Below are positions 10,864 to 20,917 of a DNA stretch of 64,000 nucleotides, piece after piece (the stretch's first letter is position 1; each line of letters opens with the position of its first letter). Source of the stretch: Planctomycetota bacterium (GTDB taxonomy: Bacteria > Planctomycetota > GCA-002687715 > CAIWVZ01). Position numbers and translations under genes: made by a program. The notes under the pieces were generated by a model. It was not told the origin of the DNA. It did not search any database and was given only the letters and a program-made list of their open reading frames with translations. The DNA lies in NCBI GenBank assembly GCA_044222185.1, contig JBGANV010000010.1, positions 128,001 through 192,000 of the forward strand, read 5' to 3'.

Positions 10864-11340
10864 GCGTGCCGGCATGTTGCGGGGCGTCGTTCGCGGCGCC
10901 CTCGAGCGCGTCGGATGCAGAGCGCCAGTGCACGGTGTCGGAGGTCATTCCCGGTTCGATACGGGGATCGTGACGTCCACCGCATGCACGTCGAACTGGT
11001 GCGTGATCGAGCCTCCGAGTTTCCAGATCTCCCGGCGCCGGATGCCGCTCGCAGCCTGAGCGTGTAACAGGTGCCCGTGATCCGGTCGCTCGATCCGATC
11101 GCGAGTCTTCCGCGCCTCGAGGATCTGCAGTTGCTGGGGTTTGACCGGCCCGTCCGAGCGTCGAAGTCCGGGAATTCCTCCGACGCACCGGGTTGAGGGA
11201 TGCGCGGCCGCCCGATCCCCAGTTCGATGACGGGGGGAACCCGGGAAGCGCTGCGGAGCCGAACGTCGTGAGACCGTTCCGCGTCGAGGCAAGTCCGTGG
11301 ATCGCTCGTGCGGGGCAGGCGCGCGGCGCCCGCCGCGGCG

Positions 11341-11904
11341 TCACATCCCCACGAACATCCGGTGGATCCGATCGTCGCCCGACAGCTCCGGATGAAACGT
11401 CGTCGCGAGGATCCGGCCCGATCTCACGGCGATGGGCGTGGCGTCGTGCCAGGCGAGGACTTGCACGTCCGGACCGACGCGCGCGAACTTCGGCGCGCGG
11501 ATGAACACGCAGGGAAAGGGCGGGGCGCCGAGGAGTTCGATGGGAGCCTCGGCCGTGAACGAATCCACCTGGCGGCCATAGGCGTTGCGCGACAACACGG
11601 CGTCAAGCAACGCCAGGCGGTTCGGTCGCGTGCCGTCATCGGCACCAAGCAGGATCGCTCCCGCGCAGGTGCCGAAGAGTGCCAGCGATCGCTCGCGCCC
11701 CCGGCGCGTGATCTCGCTCGTGAGGGCGAAGAGATCGAGCAAGTGGCGGATGGTCGTGGACTCGCCGCCGGGGAGGATGAGGTGCGTGAGACCCTGCAGG
11801 TCCGCCGGCCGCCGCACTTCGCGCACGGGGACGCCGAGCCGCGCCATCACTTCGACGTGCGGCTCGAACCCGCCCTGGAGCGCCAGCACTCCCGCGCTCG
11901 TCAT
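11341..11904 (-). CDS. pdxT: Pyridoxal 5'-phosphate synthase glutaminase subunit
   Basis: GVLALQG, ILPGGEST, GTCAGAILL, RNAYGRQVDSF, FIRAP, FHPEL; start ATG overlaps the pdxS stop (TGATG). Confidence 0.97.
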   Translation of the reverse strand: MTSAGVLALQGGFEPHVEVMARLGVPVREVRRPADLQGLTHLILPGGESTTIRHLLDLFALTSEITRRGRERSLALFGTCAGAILLGADDGTRPNRLALLDAVLSRNAYGRQVDSFTAEAPIELLGAPPFPCVFIRAPKFARVGPDVQVLAWHDATPIAVRSGRILATTFHPELSGDDRIHRMFVGM

Positions 11905-12821
11905 CACCAGCCTCGGGATGCGAGACGCTCGCCTTCCGGGATCGTGTTCATGGAGATGCCGGTCATGGCGGCGCCGGCTTCGCGACACGCCTCGGCCACG
12001 ATCGCGGCTTCGCGGTAGCGGGCCGTCGCCTTCACGATCGCCTTGGCGGTGGCGACGGGGTTCGCGGACTTGAAGATGCCCGAGCCGACGAAGACGGCCT
12101 CGGCACCGAGCTGCATCACGAGCGCCGCGTCCGCCGGGGTGGCGACGCCGCCAGCGGCGAAGTTGGGGACCGGCAGCCGGCCGAGCCGCGCCACCTCGCG
12201 CACGAGTTCGAACGGCGCGCGAAGCTCCTTCGCCTGGGCCATCAGCTCCTCGGGGGGCGCCGACGCGATCCGTCGGATCTCGCGGTTGATGAGGCGCAGG
12301 TGGCGAACGGCCTCGACGATGTTGCCCGTGCCGGCCTCGCCCTTGGTGCGGATCATGGCGGCGCCTTCGCCAATGCGACGCAGCGCTTCACCGAGGCACG
12401 TCGCTCCGCAGACGAACGGCACGCGGAAGCCGCTCTTCTCGATGTGATGCTCTTCGTCCGCCGGCGTGAGCACTTCACTCTCGTCGATGAAGTCGACGCC
12501 GAGGTGTTCGAGCACCTGGGCTTCGGCGAAGTGTCCGATGCGCGCCTTCGCCATGACCGGGATGGTGACGATCGCCTTGATCTGTTCGATGCGATCGATG
12601 GCCGCCATGCGGGCGACGCCGCCATCGCGGCGGATGTCGGAGGGGACGCGTTCCAGTGCCATGACGGCCGACGCACCCGCCTCCTCCGCGATCCGCGCCT
12701 CTTCCTGCGTCGTCACGTCCATGATGACGCCGCCGCACAGCATGCGGGCGAGGCCCACCTTCACGTCGTAGGCGGGGACCTTCGCCTCCGCGCCGTTCGT
12801 CGAGTTCTTGCTTCCTGTCAT
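11904..12821 (-). CDS. pdxS: Pyridoxal 5'-phosphate synthase lyase subunit
   Basis: [62 protein letters not shown]. Confidence 0.99.
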   Translation of the reverse strand: MTGSKNSTNGAEAKVPAYDVKVGLARMLCGGVIMDVTTQEEARIAEEAGASAVMALERVPSDIRRDGGVARMAAIDRIEQIKAIVTIPVMAKARIGHFAEAQVLEHLGVDFIDESEVLTPADEEHHIEKSGFRVPFVCGATCLGEALRRIGEGAAMIRTKGEAGTGNIVEAVRHLRLINREIRRIASAPPEELMAQAKELRAPFELVREVARLGRLPVPNFAAGGVATPADAALVMQLGAEAVFVGSGIFKSANPVATAKAIVKATARYREAAIVAEACREAGAAMTGISMNTIPEGERLASRGW

Positions 12822-12845
12822 GAGTGAGCTCCAGTCGCGCCGCGG

Positions 12846-14015
12846 TCAGACGGCGGCCAATGCGGAATCGAGATCGGCGACGAGATCGGCGGGATCCTCC
12901 ACGCCGATCGAGAGCCGCACGAGTTCGTCCGAGATTCCCATGCGCGCGCGCTCGGCCGGAGCGACCGACCGGTGCGAGGTCATCACGGGACGTGTGATCA
13001 ACGTTTCGATGCCTCCCAGGCTCGGACCGACGACGGGGACTCGGAGTCGATCGAGGAACCGCTCGGCCCCATCCGCGCCGCCCGCCACTTCGAACGCGAG
13101 CACGCCGCCGCAGCCCGTGAACAACGATCTCGCGAGCGCCGCGAAGCGATTCGTTTCCAGGCCCGGGTAGTGGACGGAACGTACCTTCGCGTGTCCCGAG
13201 AGGAACGTCGCCACCGTGCGCGCCGCGTCGTTCTGGTGCCGCACGCGAAGGCCCAGCGTCTTCATCCCGCGATAGAGCAGGAAGCACGCGTGTGGATCCA
13301 GGGATCCGCCCAACTGCTCGAGCCGCTTCTTGATTGGCGCGACGACGGCGGCCTTTCCGATGACGGCGCCCGCGACGAGATCGCTGTGACCGTTCAGGTA
13401 TTTCGTCGCCGAATGCAGGATGACGTCATACCCGAGAGCCGCCGGACGGAAGTTCACCGGGCTGAGGAACGTGTTGTCGATCATCGACACCAGTCCGCGA
13501 TCCCTCGCGAACGCCACGACGGCGCGATGGTCGATCAATCGCAGGGTCGGGTTCGTGAGTCCCTCGGTGTAGATGACCTTCGTGTTCGGCTTGACGGCGC
13601 GGGCCCAGCCGGACGGGTCGTCGGCGTCGATGAAATCGTGGGTGACGCCGGCTGCGCGGAGCCCGTCACCGAGGAAACCGTAGGTGCCTCCATACACCGC
13701 GTCCTGGACGAGGACGTGACTGCCCGCCGGCAGGTGAGTGAGGAGCGCCGTCGTGATCGCCGCCATGCCGCTCGACGTCACGACGGCGGCTTCCGCGTCC
13801 TCCAGGTCCGCGAGCTTGCGTGCGAGCACCTCGTGATTCGGCCCGTTGTTGTACCGGGAGTAGCGGAGTTCCTCGCCCGCGCGCCCTCGGTACTCGTACA
13901 CGGTGGATTGGAAGATCGGTACGGATGCCGCACCGCCAATCCGCGGCTCCGGCTCGCCGGCATGGATCACGCGCGTGTCGAAGCGAAAGCGAGCGGCTGG
14001 GTTCGACGGGTTCAT
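12846..14015 (-). CDS. PLP-dependent trans-sulfuration enzyme (cystathionine gamma-synthase/lyase, methionine gamma-lyase family)
   Basis: YSRYNNGPN, SSGMAAI, YGGT, DNTF, HSATKYLNGHSD (PLP lysine), SLGG.ETL, RLSIGVED; start estimated at ATG 14015. Confidence 0.95.
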   Translation of the reverse strand: MNPSNPAARFRFDTRVIHAGEPEPRIGGAASVPIFQSTVYEYRGRAGEELRYSRYNNGPNHEVLARKLADLEDAEAAVVTSSGMAAITTALLTHLPAGSHVLVQDAVYGGTYGFLGDGLRAAGVTHDFIDADDPSGWARAVKPNTKVIYTEGLTNPTLRLIDHRAVVAFARDRGLVSMIDNTFLSPVNFRPAALGYDVILHSATKYLNGHSDLVAGAVIGKAAVVAPIKKRLEQLGGSLDPHACFLLYRGMKTLGLRVRHQNDAARTVATFLSGHAKVRSVHYPGLETNRFAALARSLFTGCGGVLAFEVAGGADGAERFLDRLRVPVVGPSLGGIETLITRPVMTSHRSVAPAERARMGISDELVRLSIGVEDPADLVADLDSALAAV

Positions 14016-14030
14016 CGCGAGTCTCCCAAA

Positions 14031-14110
14031 AGTGCGACATCTTGCATCGAGACAATCGGAGACTATGCTCTGACTTGTCACCTATCAACCGAGTAATTGT
14101 CATGATGACA
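14031..14110. promoter_or_regulatory. Divergent promoter region with GACAA/TTGTC half-sites, a probable MocR-family operator
   Basis: GACAAT (14051-56), TGACTTGTCA (14071-80), ATTGTC (14096-101) and TGTCA-tga-TGACA (14098-110) in an AT-richer 86-bp spacer between divergent genes. Confidence 0.55.
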
Positions 14111-15496
14111 CTCTGGCGACCGGATCTTCGCGGACAACATGGCCCCAAGTACTCCGCCCTGGCGGACGCCATCGCGCTCGACGTGCAGGCGGGGAGGCTC
14201 AAACCGGGCACACGCCTGCCGACGCACAGGGACCTGGCCCGCCGGCTCGGCGTGACGATCGGCACGGTCAGCCGCGGCTACGCGGAAGCCCACCGGCGCG
14301 GGCTCGTCATGGGCGAGGTCGGTCGGGGGACGTTCGTGCGAGCCACGCGGCCCGAACCCGTCGGCTTCGCCCGATCCCACGACCCCGACCCCAACGTCCT
14401 CGAACTGAACTTCAACCTTCCGACCCTCGACATCGTTGTCGACCTCATCAGGGCCGCCCTCGCACGTCTCGCCGAGTCGCCGGATCTGGTCAACGTGCTC
14501 CAATATCAGGCGAATGCCGGATCGTTGCGGCATCGCGAGGTGGCGGCGAGGTGGCTCTCCAGCCGCGGCGTCTCGTGCACGACGGACGAGGTCGTCGTCA
14601 CGAGCGGCGCTCAGCACGCCATGCTCACGGTGTTCTCGGTCGTCGCCGAACCCGGGGACATCGTGCTCGCGGAGAGCGTCACGTTCCCCGGCATGAAGGC
14701 CGTCGCGCGCCTCCTCCGCCTGAACATGGAGCCCGTCGCCATGGACGACGAGGGGATCCGTCCCGACGCGCTCGCCGAGGCGTGTCGAAAGCATCGCCCG
14801 AAGGCGCTCTATGCGACTCCCACGTTCCAGAATCCCACGGGCCGCGTGATGTCCGAAGCGCGTCGTCGCGACATCGCGGAGGTCGCCCGCGCCAACCGCC
14901 TTCCGATCGTGGAGGACGACATCTATGGCTTCCTGCACAGCGGCGCGCTGACGCCGCTCGCGGCGTTGTCCGAGGGCTCGGGGTACTACATCACGAGCTT
15001 CTCCAAATCCGTGGCGCCGGGGCTTCGCCTGGGCTATCTCGTCGGCCCACGCGCGGTCGCGCCTCAGCTTGCTGCGTCCGTGATGACGACGACGCAGGTG
15101 TCGTCGCCGGTCGCCGCCGAGGTCATCACCGGCCTGATCGAGGACGATACGCTCGAGACCCTGTTCCGGCGCCACCGCAAGGAGATCGGCGCACGCCAGG
15201 CGATCGCCCGCGCGCTGCTCGGGCACCACGTTCCCAAGGACAGCCACGCGGAGAGTCCCCACGTCTGGGTGAACCTGCCGGATCCCTGGCGCGTCGAGGA
15301 GTTCGTGGCGCAGGCGCGCGCGCGGGGCGTGGCCCTCGCGTCAGGCGAGGTCTTCGCCGTCGGGCGGGGCGCCGTTCCGCACGGTGTACGCGTGAGCCTG
15401 GGCGCCGTTCGTGAACGCGCTCAACTCGAACGGGCGCTTCGCACCGTCGCCGACATCCTGTCGGAGCAGCCGCGACCCCTCGTCACCGGAATCTGA
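14102..15496 (+). CDS. MocR/GabR-family regulator (GntR wHTH + PLP aminotransferase-like domain), PdxR-like
   Basis: LKPGTRLPTHRDLARRLGVTIGTVSRGY...GRGTFV, then SGAQHA, PTFQNPTG, EDDIY, SFSKSVAPGLRLG. Confidence 0.95.
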   Translation: MMTLWRPDLRGQHGPKYSALADAIALDVQAGRLKPGTRLPTHRDLARRLGVTIGTVSRGYAEAHRRGLVMGEVGRGTFVRATRPEPVGFARSHDPDPNVLELNFNLPTLDIVVDLIRAALARLAESPDLVNVLQYQANAGSLRHREVAARWLSSRGVSCTTDEVVVTSGAQHAMLTVFSVVAEPGDIVLAESVTFPGMKAVARLLRLNMEPVAMDDEGIRPDALAEACRKHRPKALYATPTFQNPTGRVMSEARRRDIAEVARANRLPIVEDDIYGFLHSGALTPLAALSEGSGYYITSFSKSVAPGLRLGYLVGPRAVAPQLAASVMTTTQVSSPVAAEVITGLIEDDTLETLFRRHRKEIGARQAIARALLGHHVPKDSHAESPHVWVNLPDPWRVEEFVAQARARGVALASGEVFAVGRGAVPHGVRVSLGAVRERAQLERALRTVADILSEQPRPLVTGI

Positions 15497-15617
15497 CCCG
15501 GAGCCACGCCGGCCACCGGGCCTGCATCGTTCCGGCCGCGATCAGTTCCGAACGTCCACCGTCATTGCGAAGCTCGGAACGCGTCGCGTAAGCTCCCCTC
15601 CGTCGGCTGGGGCGACT

Positions 15618-18125
15618 ATGTCCGCGAAACGGATCGGGATCATCTACGCGCTGATTGCGCTCGCGTTCTGCGTCCTCATCGGGAGGCTCTTCTACCTCCA
15701 GGTCGTGACGGGCGAGCCGGGCAACGTCGACGAACAACTCGACGAGCCGCACGCGATCGAGATCCCTGCGGCGCGCGGCGCGATCTACGACCGAGACCGG
15801 ATCGTGCTTCGAGCGTCCCGCGACACCTTCGACGTCGACGTCTTCGCAGGTACGTTCCGCGAGACCAACCTGGTGGATGCGTGCGCCGATCTCATGGCGC
15901 TGTTGTCGCCGGGACGGCGCGGCGACGGCCTCACGGCTGCCGAGCGGGCCGACCTCGTCGCGAAACTCCGCACGGCGGACCTTCCGACGATCGAAGCCGT
16001 CCTCGACCTCGACACGACGTCGATCGCGGGGAAGGACCCCGTGGCCATCCGACTCGTGCCGCGGATGGAGCGGCTGGTCGAGCCGGAAGGGTCGCTGATC
16101 CGCCCACGCTCGTTCGGGTGGAATCGGGTGGTCAGTGCCGTCGTGATCCTCTCGAATCCGGACGCTCGCGTTCTCCCGCGCGAGCTGCGCGTCCGCCTCC
16201 GCCAGCCTGGCGAACGCATCGGCGCATGCGCGGGCGTGGCCGCCGCGGACGTCGCCGCCCGCATCCGTGAGGAGGAGCGCGCGCTCGGCCTCGTCGCCGA
16301 CGAATTGGGATTCGGCGACGCGAGGTCCGTGCGTGTCGCCATCGAGCAACTCTGCGATCGCCACGCTCGCCGGGTCGACGAGGAGATCGAGCGACGCCTC
16401 GACGATGCGATCTGCCTGCAGCACTTCGGCTCGTGGAAGCTCGATCCGTCGGTCGTCGGTGAAACCGAATACGCGCGCATGGTTCGCGACGCAGCGACGC
16501 CGTTTCACGCGGACGAGCGCGCGCTGGATGCGCTCGACGCGGTGTCCGCGATCCTCGCCGGAGCCGTCCCCGGGCGGAAGCGACACGTGCCCGACACCAC
16601 GCCTGCGGCTCCGAAGGTCGCCGAATCCTGGGGACTCGTGGACTGCGACTCGCACGCCGTGCGCACGGCCGTGTGCCGAACGATCCGCGCCGCCGGGTTC
16701 GAGCGCGAGCGTTACCTCGACGAGCGGAAGGAGACGCAGGCACGCAACGACCTGGCGTCCTATCGAAGCGACACGCTCGGCTGGGGCGCAAGCTTCGCAT
16801 TGGCCGACGTCATCGACGGAGCCGGCGGATTGCGTCGCATGGGATTCCGTCTGCGGCCAGGCTTCGGCCGCGACCCGACGCGGTTTGCCAGCGGGGAAAG
16901 CCTCGCACTCCTGCTTGGTGGCGTGACGAATCAAGGTTCGCCGCTCGGGACCGGCGTCGAGTTGCGCATGGACGATGTGCTCAGTGGGGACCCGGGCGAG
17001 GCCGAGACGACGGCGGACGGCACCGTCACTCTCAAGCGGCCGGCGCAGCATGGCAACGACGTGCAGTTGACGCTGTCGTATCCGTTGCAGAAGAAGCTCG
17101 AGGGGTTCCTGCACCAGCAGGGTGCCATCGCCGTCGTGGACATCGCGACCGGAGGCATCCTCGCGGCGACCACGTACCCGTTGCCGGTCGACGGGTGGCA
17201 ACGTGCGATCGCGGAGTACGACGAGCTGAAGGCGAAGAAGGCAGAGCTGGGGCTGCCGGTCGATGCCGCGAGCCGATCCGTGCTCGATGCGCTGAACGAG
17301 CGAATCCTCGGGACTGCGGCGATCAACCGTGCCTATGGTTCGCCGGGGTACGTGCCGCCCGGTTCGACGATGAAGGCCGTCACGATCCTGGTCGGACTCG
17401 AGCGGGGCGTGATCACGCCCGAGTCGACGGTCGATTGCAAGCCGCGCCGCACGCTCAACTATGGATGTCACGGGCATGGCATCGTCGACCCGCTGATGGC
17501 GCTGGAGGCCTCGTGCAACGAGTTCTGCTACCAGACGGCGACGAAGCTCGGGCATGCACCGCTCTTCGAGATGTACGACAAGCTCGGGCTGTTCGATCCC
17601 ATCCCCGGGCTGATCCCCGCATCCGAGGGACAGCGCCAGCGGGAGCAGTTGCATGAGCGGCCCGGAGACGTCCGCGCTCTCGCCATCGGTCAGGGAACGC
17701 TGAGTTTCTGGCCGATCCGACTGGCCGGTATCGCGGCGTCGATCGCGTCCGGGCGCGTCGTGCGCCCGCACCTCGTCGTGCCGAAGGACGGCGAGCCGGC
17801 GATCGGCCCTGTGTTCGCTTCGGAGAAGAACCTCGCGCTCATCCGGGCGGGGATGAAGCGCGTCGTGACCGGATCGCGGGGAACGGCGTATCCGCACCGC
17901 AAGGAGCTCATCCCGCTCCAGGTCTCCGGCAAGACGGGGACGGCCGAGTTCACGGACAACACGCCCGTCTACGCGGCGTGGTTCGTGGGATTCGCTCCCG
18001 ACACCAATCCGCGCTACGCCTTCGCCGTGCTCTTCGATCGCACACCCCAGAGCGGTTTCGCGGCATCGCCGACCGCGGCGAAGGTGATCGAGGCCTGCTA
18101 CGAGATCCTGGGAGGGCGGCCGTGA
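15618..18125 (+). CDS. mrdA: Class B penicillin-binding transpeptidase (PBP2/MrdA-like) with a large insertion
   Basis: N-terminal TM + RLFYLQV, PAARGAIYDR, G.E...D..LSG.PG, G.DVQLTL; catalytic motifs GSTMK (SxxK), SCN (SxN), KTGT; coupled to rodA. Confidence 0.85.
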   Translation: MSAKRIGIIYALIALAFCVLIGRLFYLQVVTGEPGNVDEQLDEPHAIEIPAARGAIYDRDRIVLRASRDTFDVDVFAGTFRETNLVDACADLMALLSPGRRGDGLTAAERADLVAKLRTADLPTIEAVLDLDTTSIAGKDPVAIRLVPRMERLVEPEGSLIRPRSFGWNRVVSAVVILSNPDARVLPRELRVRLRQPGERIGACAGVAAADVAARIREEERALGLVADELGFGDARSVRVAIEQLCDRHARRVDEEIERRLDDAICLQHFGSWKLDPSVVGETEYARMVRDAATPFHADERALDALDAVSAILAGAVPGRKRHVPDTTPAAPKVAESWGLVDCDSHAVRTAVCRTIRAAGFERERYLDERKETQARNDLASYRSDTLGWGASFALADVIDGAGGLRRMGFRLRPGFGRDPTRFASGESLALLLGGVTNQGSPLGTGVELRMDDVLSGDPGEAETTADGTVTLKRPAQHGNDVQLTLSYPLQKKLEGFLHQQGAIAVVDIATGGILAATTYPLPVDGWQRAIAEYDELKAKKAELGLPVDAASRSVLDALNERILGTAAINRAYGSPGYVPPGSTMKAVTILVGLERGVITPESTVDCKPRRTLNYGCHGHGIVDPLMALEASCNEFCYQTATKLGHAPLFEMYDKLGLFDPIPGLIPASEGQRQREQLHERPGDVRALAIGQGTLSFWPIRLAGIAASIASGRVVRPHLVVPKDGEPAIGPVFASEKNLALIRAGMKRVVTGSRGTAYPHRKELIPLQVSGKTGTAEFTDNTPVYAAWFVGFAPDTNPRYAFAVLFDRTPQSGFAASPTAAKVIEACYEILGGRP

Positions 18126-19255
18126 TGAAGCGCGTCATCGGCGAAGCTCTCGCTCGCATCGATCGTCCGGTCATCTTCCTCGCTGCGGCGCTCGTGCTCT
18201 TCGGAATCCTCACGATCGCGTCGGCGACGAACGACGGCGAGGGCGACCTCCCCATGCGTCAGGTCCGCGCGCTCGGTGTGGGATTGCTCATCGGCCTTCC
18301 GGCGCTCCTCGTGCCCTACCCCAAGCTCTTGAAGGTGGCGCCTTTCGCTTACGCTGCGCTCGTCGTCGCGCTGGGCCTCGTGCTCGAGATCGGGCCGAAT
18401 CGCTTCGGCGCCCAACGCTGGCTGGTGCTCGGGGGCTTCCAGATCCAACCGTCCGAGCCGCTGAAGCTCGTCCTCATCCTCGTATTGGCGCGCGTGCTTC
18501 GGTTCGGACGCGAGATCGCGCGCGTTCGCGATTGGCTTCCGCTGCTGCTGCTCGTGCTCGTTCCGTTCGGGCTCATCGTGAAGCAGCCGGACCTCGGTAC
18601 GTCGCTGATCTACCTTCCGGTGGGAATGTCGATCCTGTTCGCGGCGGGGATCCCCGCGCGCACACTCGCCATACTGCTGCTCGGCGGCGTCCTCGTCGGC
18701 GCCTTCGCGTTCTTCTTCCTCCTGCACCCCTATCAGAAGGAGCGGATCCGCAGCACGATCTTCCTCGACCGGCTCGCGCCCTATGAAGCCAATCGCGAAG
18801 GGTTTCAGTTGAGGCAGTCGCTCCTCGCCGTGCGGAGCGGGGGAGTGCTGGGACGCGGATGGGGAGCGGGGCCGGTCACGCAATCCGGGAAGCTGCCCGA
18901 GGCGCACAACGATTTCATCTTCGCCGTCATCTGTGAGGAGTTCGGGTTCCTCGGAGCGACGGCGGTCCTCCTGGTGTTCCTCCTCCTGATCCTCGCCATC
19001 GTCCGCGTCGGGCTTCGAACTCGTGATCCTCCGGGACGGGTGATCTGCATCGGCACGGCGGCGTTGGTCGCGGCGCAGGCGGGCGTGCAGGCGGGGGTGT
19101 CGATCGGCGTCGTTCCGACGACCGGAATGCCCCTGCCCTTCGTGTCCTACGGCGGATCGGCCATGGTGACGTTCGTCGTCGCCACCTGTCTGGTGCTCAA
19201 TGTGTCGTGTCACCCGCTCGGTGGGCTCGCGGGCGCTCGTTTCGAGCGCGAGTGA
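18125..19255 (+). CDS. rodA: SEDS peptidoglycan glycosyltransferase RodA/FtsW
   Basis: GAQRWL.LGGFQIQPSE, QPDLGT, LPEAHNDFIF..ICEEFGF, PTTGMPLPFVSYGGS; multiple TM segments. Confidence 0.95.
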   Translation: MKRVIGEALARIDRPVIFLAAALVLFGILTIASATNDGEGDLPMRQVRALGVGLLIGLPALLVPYPKLLKVAPFAYAALVVALGLVLEIGPNRFGAQRWLVLGGFQIQPSEPLKLVLILVLARVLRFGREIARVRDWLPLLLLVLVPFGLIVKQPDLGTSLIYLPVGMSILFAAGIPARTLAILLLGGVLVGAFAFFFLLHPYQKERIRSTIFLDRLAPYEANREGFQLRQSLLAVRSGGVLGRGWGAGPVTQSGKLPEAHNDFIFAVICEEFGFLGATAVLLVFLLLILAIVRVGLRTRDPPGRVICIGTAALVAAQAGVQAGVSIGVVPTTGMPLPFVSYGGSAMVTFVVATCLVLNVSCHPLGGLAGARFERE

Positions 19256-19560
19256 TCGCAGCGCCGCGTTTCACGCGGCCGGATGGCAGGGCTCCGCCCT
19301 GCCGGAACTCGCGACGAAGCTCGTGCGTGGGGGTGTGTGAGGTGGGGCGGGTAGCGGGTTGAGGGGGCAGTGGAGGTCAGGCGAGCCCGGAGGTCTCGCC
19401 GACCGGCCAGGACCCCTCGTCGGACTCGGGGATCCTGGCGCTCCTCGTATTTGGTGAGCTCGGGGACCGTCGGGCTTCGGACGGTGAGGCGGGGAGTGAA
19501 GGCGCTCTGGGCCGGCGGCGGCGCCGGGCGGGGGTACCCGCGTGTTAGCTTCGCGGCCCG

Positions 19561-20640
19561 ATGAACGACGCGCGTCCGAACATCAAAGGCCTCACCGTCG
19601 AGCAGGTCCGTGACCGGCTCGCCGCGTGCGGCGTTCTGGAAGGCGCAGCGCAGCTTCCATACGCCCTCTACCACGGCATTCACCGTGATCGGGGCGAGTC
19701 CATTCCGGGCATCGCCGACGTGGCGCCGCACAAGTTGCGCCTTGCCGATGCCCTGTTCAGCACGCACGCACTGGAACTCGTTTCGATGCGGAAGTCGTGG
19801 GACCAAAGCGCCCGGTACGCGTTTCGGCTTCATGACGGTCCCGTGATCGAGTCCGTGCTGATCCCGCACCACGGGCTGTGGACCGTCTGCGTCTCCAGTC
19901 AGGCTGGCTGCCCGCTCGCCTGCGGGTTCTGTGCAACAGGCATGCTGGGACTGCGCCGAAACCTCGAGGCGTGGGAGATCGTCGACCAGGTGCTGCAGGT
20001 CGGCAGGCAGGCGCAAGTCCGCATCTCCGACATCGTGTTCATGGGGATGGGCGAACCGCTGCTCAACACGGACGCGGTCTATCAGGCAGCGGAGATCCTC
20101 CGAGCCGAGCACGGACTGCAGATCAGCGCACGACGTCTCACGATCTCGACCGCGGGGGTGATACCGGCGATCCACGAGTTCATCGACCGGGAGCTGCCCT
20201 ATCGGCTGGTGTTCTCGCTCGGCTCCGCCGTTCCCGAGAAGCGCCTGCGGCTCATGCCGATCCAGGAGCGGTGGGGGTTCGATGCGTTTCTCGACGCCGT
20301 GCGCCGTTACGAGCGCTACCGCAAGGGCAAGCACGTCACGCTCGAGTACGTCGCCATCCGGAACCTGACCATGGGTGACGACGACGTCGAGGCGATGGCG
20401 CGCCACCTGGTTGGGTTCAAGTTCATCCTGAACGTGATCCCGCTGAACCCCATCGGCAATGAACTGGCGTCGCCAACCATGGAAGAGGTCCGCGAGTGGA
20501 GCCGGAAGCTTCGCCCGCTCGGCTTCCCGGTGAAGATCCGGTACAGCGGGGGGAAGGACCAACTCGGCGGCTGCGGCCAGCTCGGGCGCGAACTTCTCGA
20601 ATCCGGACGGGCGCAGGCCGTCGGGTATCGCCCGGCCTGA
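19561..20640 (+). CDS. rlmN: RlmN/Cfr-family radical SAM RNA methyltransferase
   Basis: IESV, CVSSQAGCPLACGFCATG (CxxxCxxC), FMGMGEPL.N, ISTAG, GCGQL. May be a divergent paralog. Confidence 0.85.
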   Translation: MNDARPNIKGLTVEQVRDRLAACGVLEGAAQLPYALYHGIHRDRGESIPGIADVAPHKLRLADALFSTHALELVSMRKSWDQSARYAFRLHDGPVIESVLIPHHGLWTVCVSSQAGCPLACGFCATGMLGLRRNLEAWEIVDQVLQVGRQAQVRISDIVFMGMGEPLLNTDAVYQAAEILRAEHGLQISARRLTISTAGVIPAIHEFIDRELPYRLVFSLGSAVPEKRLRLMPIQERWGFDAFLDAVRRYERYRKGKHVTLEYVAIRNLTMGDDDVEAMARHLVGFKFILNVIPLNPIGNELASPTMEEVREWSRKLRPLGFPVKIRYSGGKDQLGGCGQLGRELLESGRAQAVGYRPA

Positions 20641-20680
20641 CCAGGCGCGGCAACCGGTCGTTGGGTATCGGCGGTCGGGC

Positions 20681-20708
20681 CCCCTGGGTTTACAAGGAAA
20701 CCCAGGGG
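20681..20708. terminator. Perfect 11-bp hairpin between convergent rlmN and A2M genes
   Basis: CCCCTGGGTTT-ACAAGG-AAACCCAGGGG; no clear U-tract, so function is uncertain. Confidence 0.4.
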
Positions 20709-20917
20709 ACCCATCTGTCACCACCGCCCCGCGGACCCCGAAGGGGATGCGGAGTCACACGCGCGCTCCCTCGCAACTCAGCGTTTTGACTGATCTGTCG
20801 ACGGGACGGGCTCCCGTCACAGTCGACACGTACTCCAATGGTCGGATCCGTCATTTCGTGACGGAAAGTGGGAGAAAAAATGATCCGCGGGGGACATCGG
20901 GGGGAACGGGCCCTCCG

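Noticed and set aside
10880-10985. GGTTCGAT as a tRNA T-loop
   Set aside because: T-stem is mismatched and no acceptor, D or anticodon arms can be built.
15483-17897. 804-aa minus-strand ORF and similar long antisense ORFs (38206..40029, 55902..57749, 59182..61332)
   Set aside because: Each lies opposite a well-supported gene and has R/A/G-rich shadow composition.
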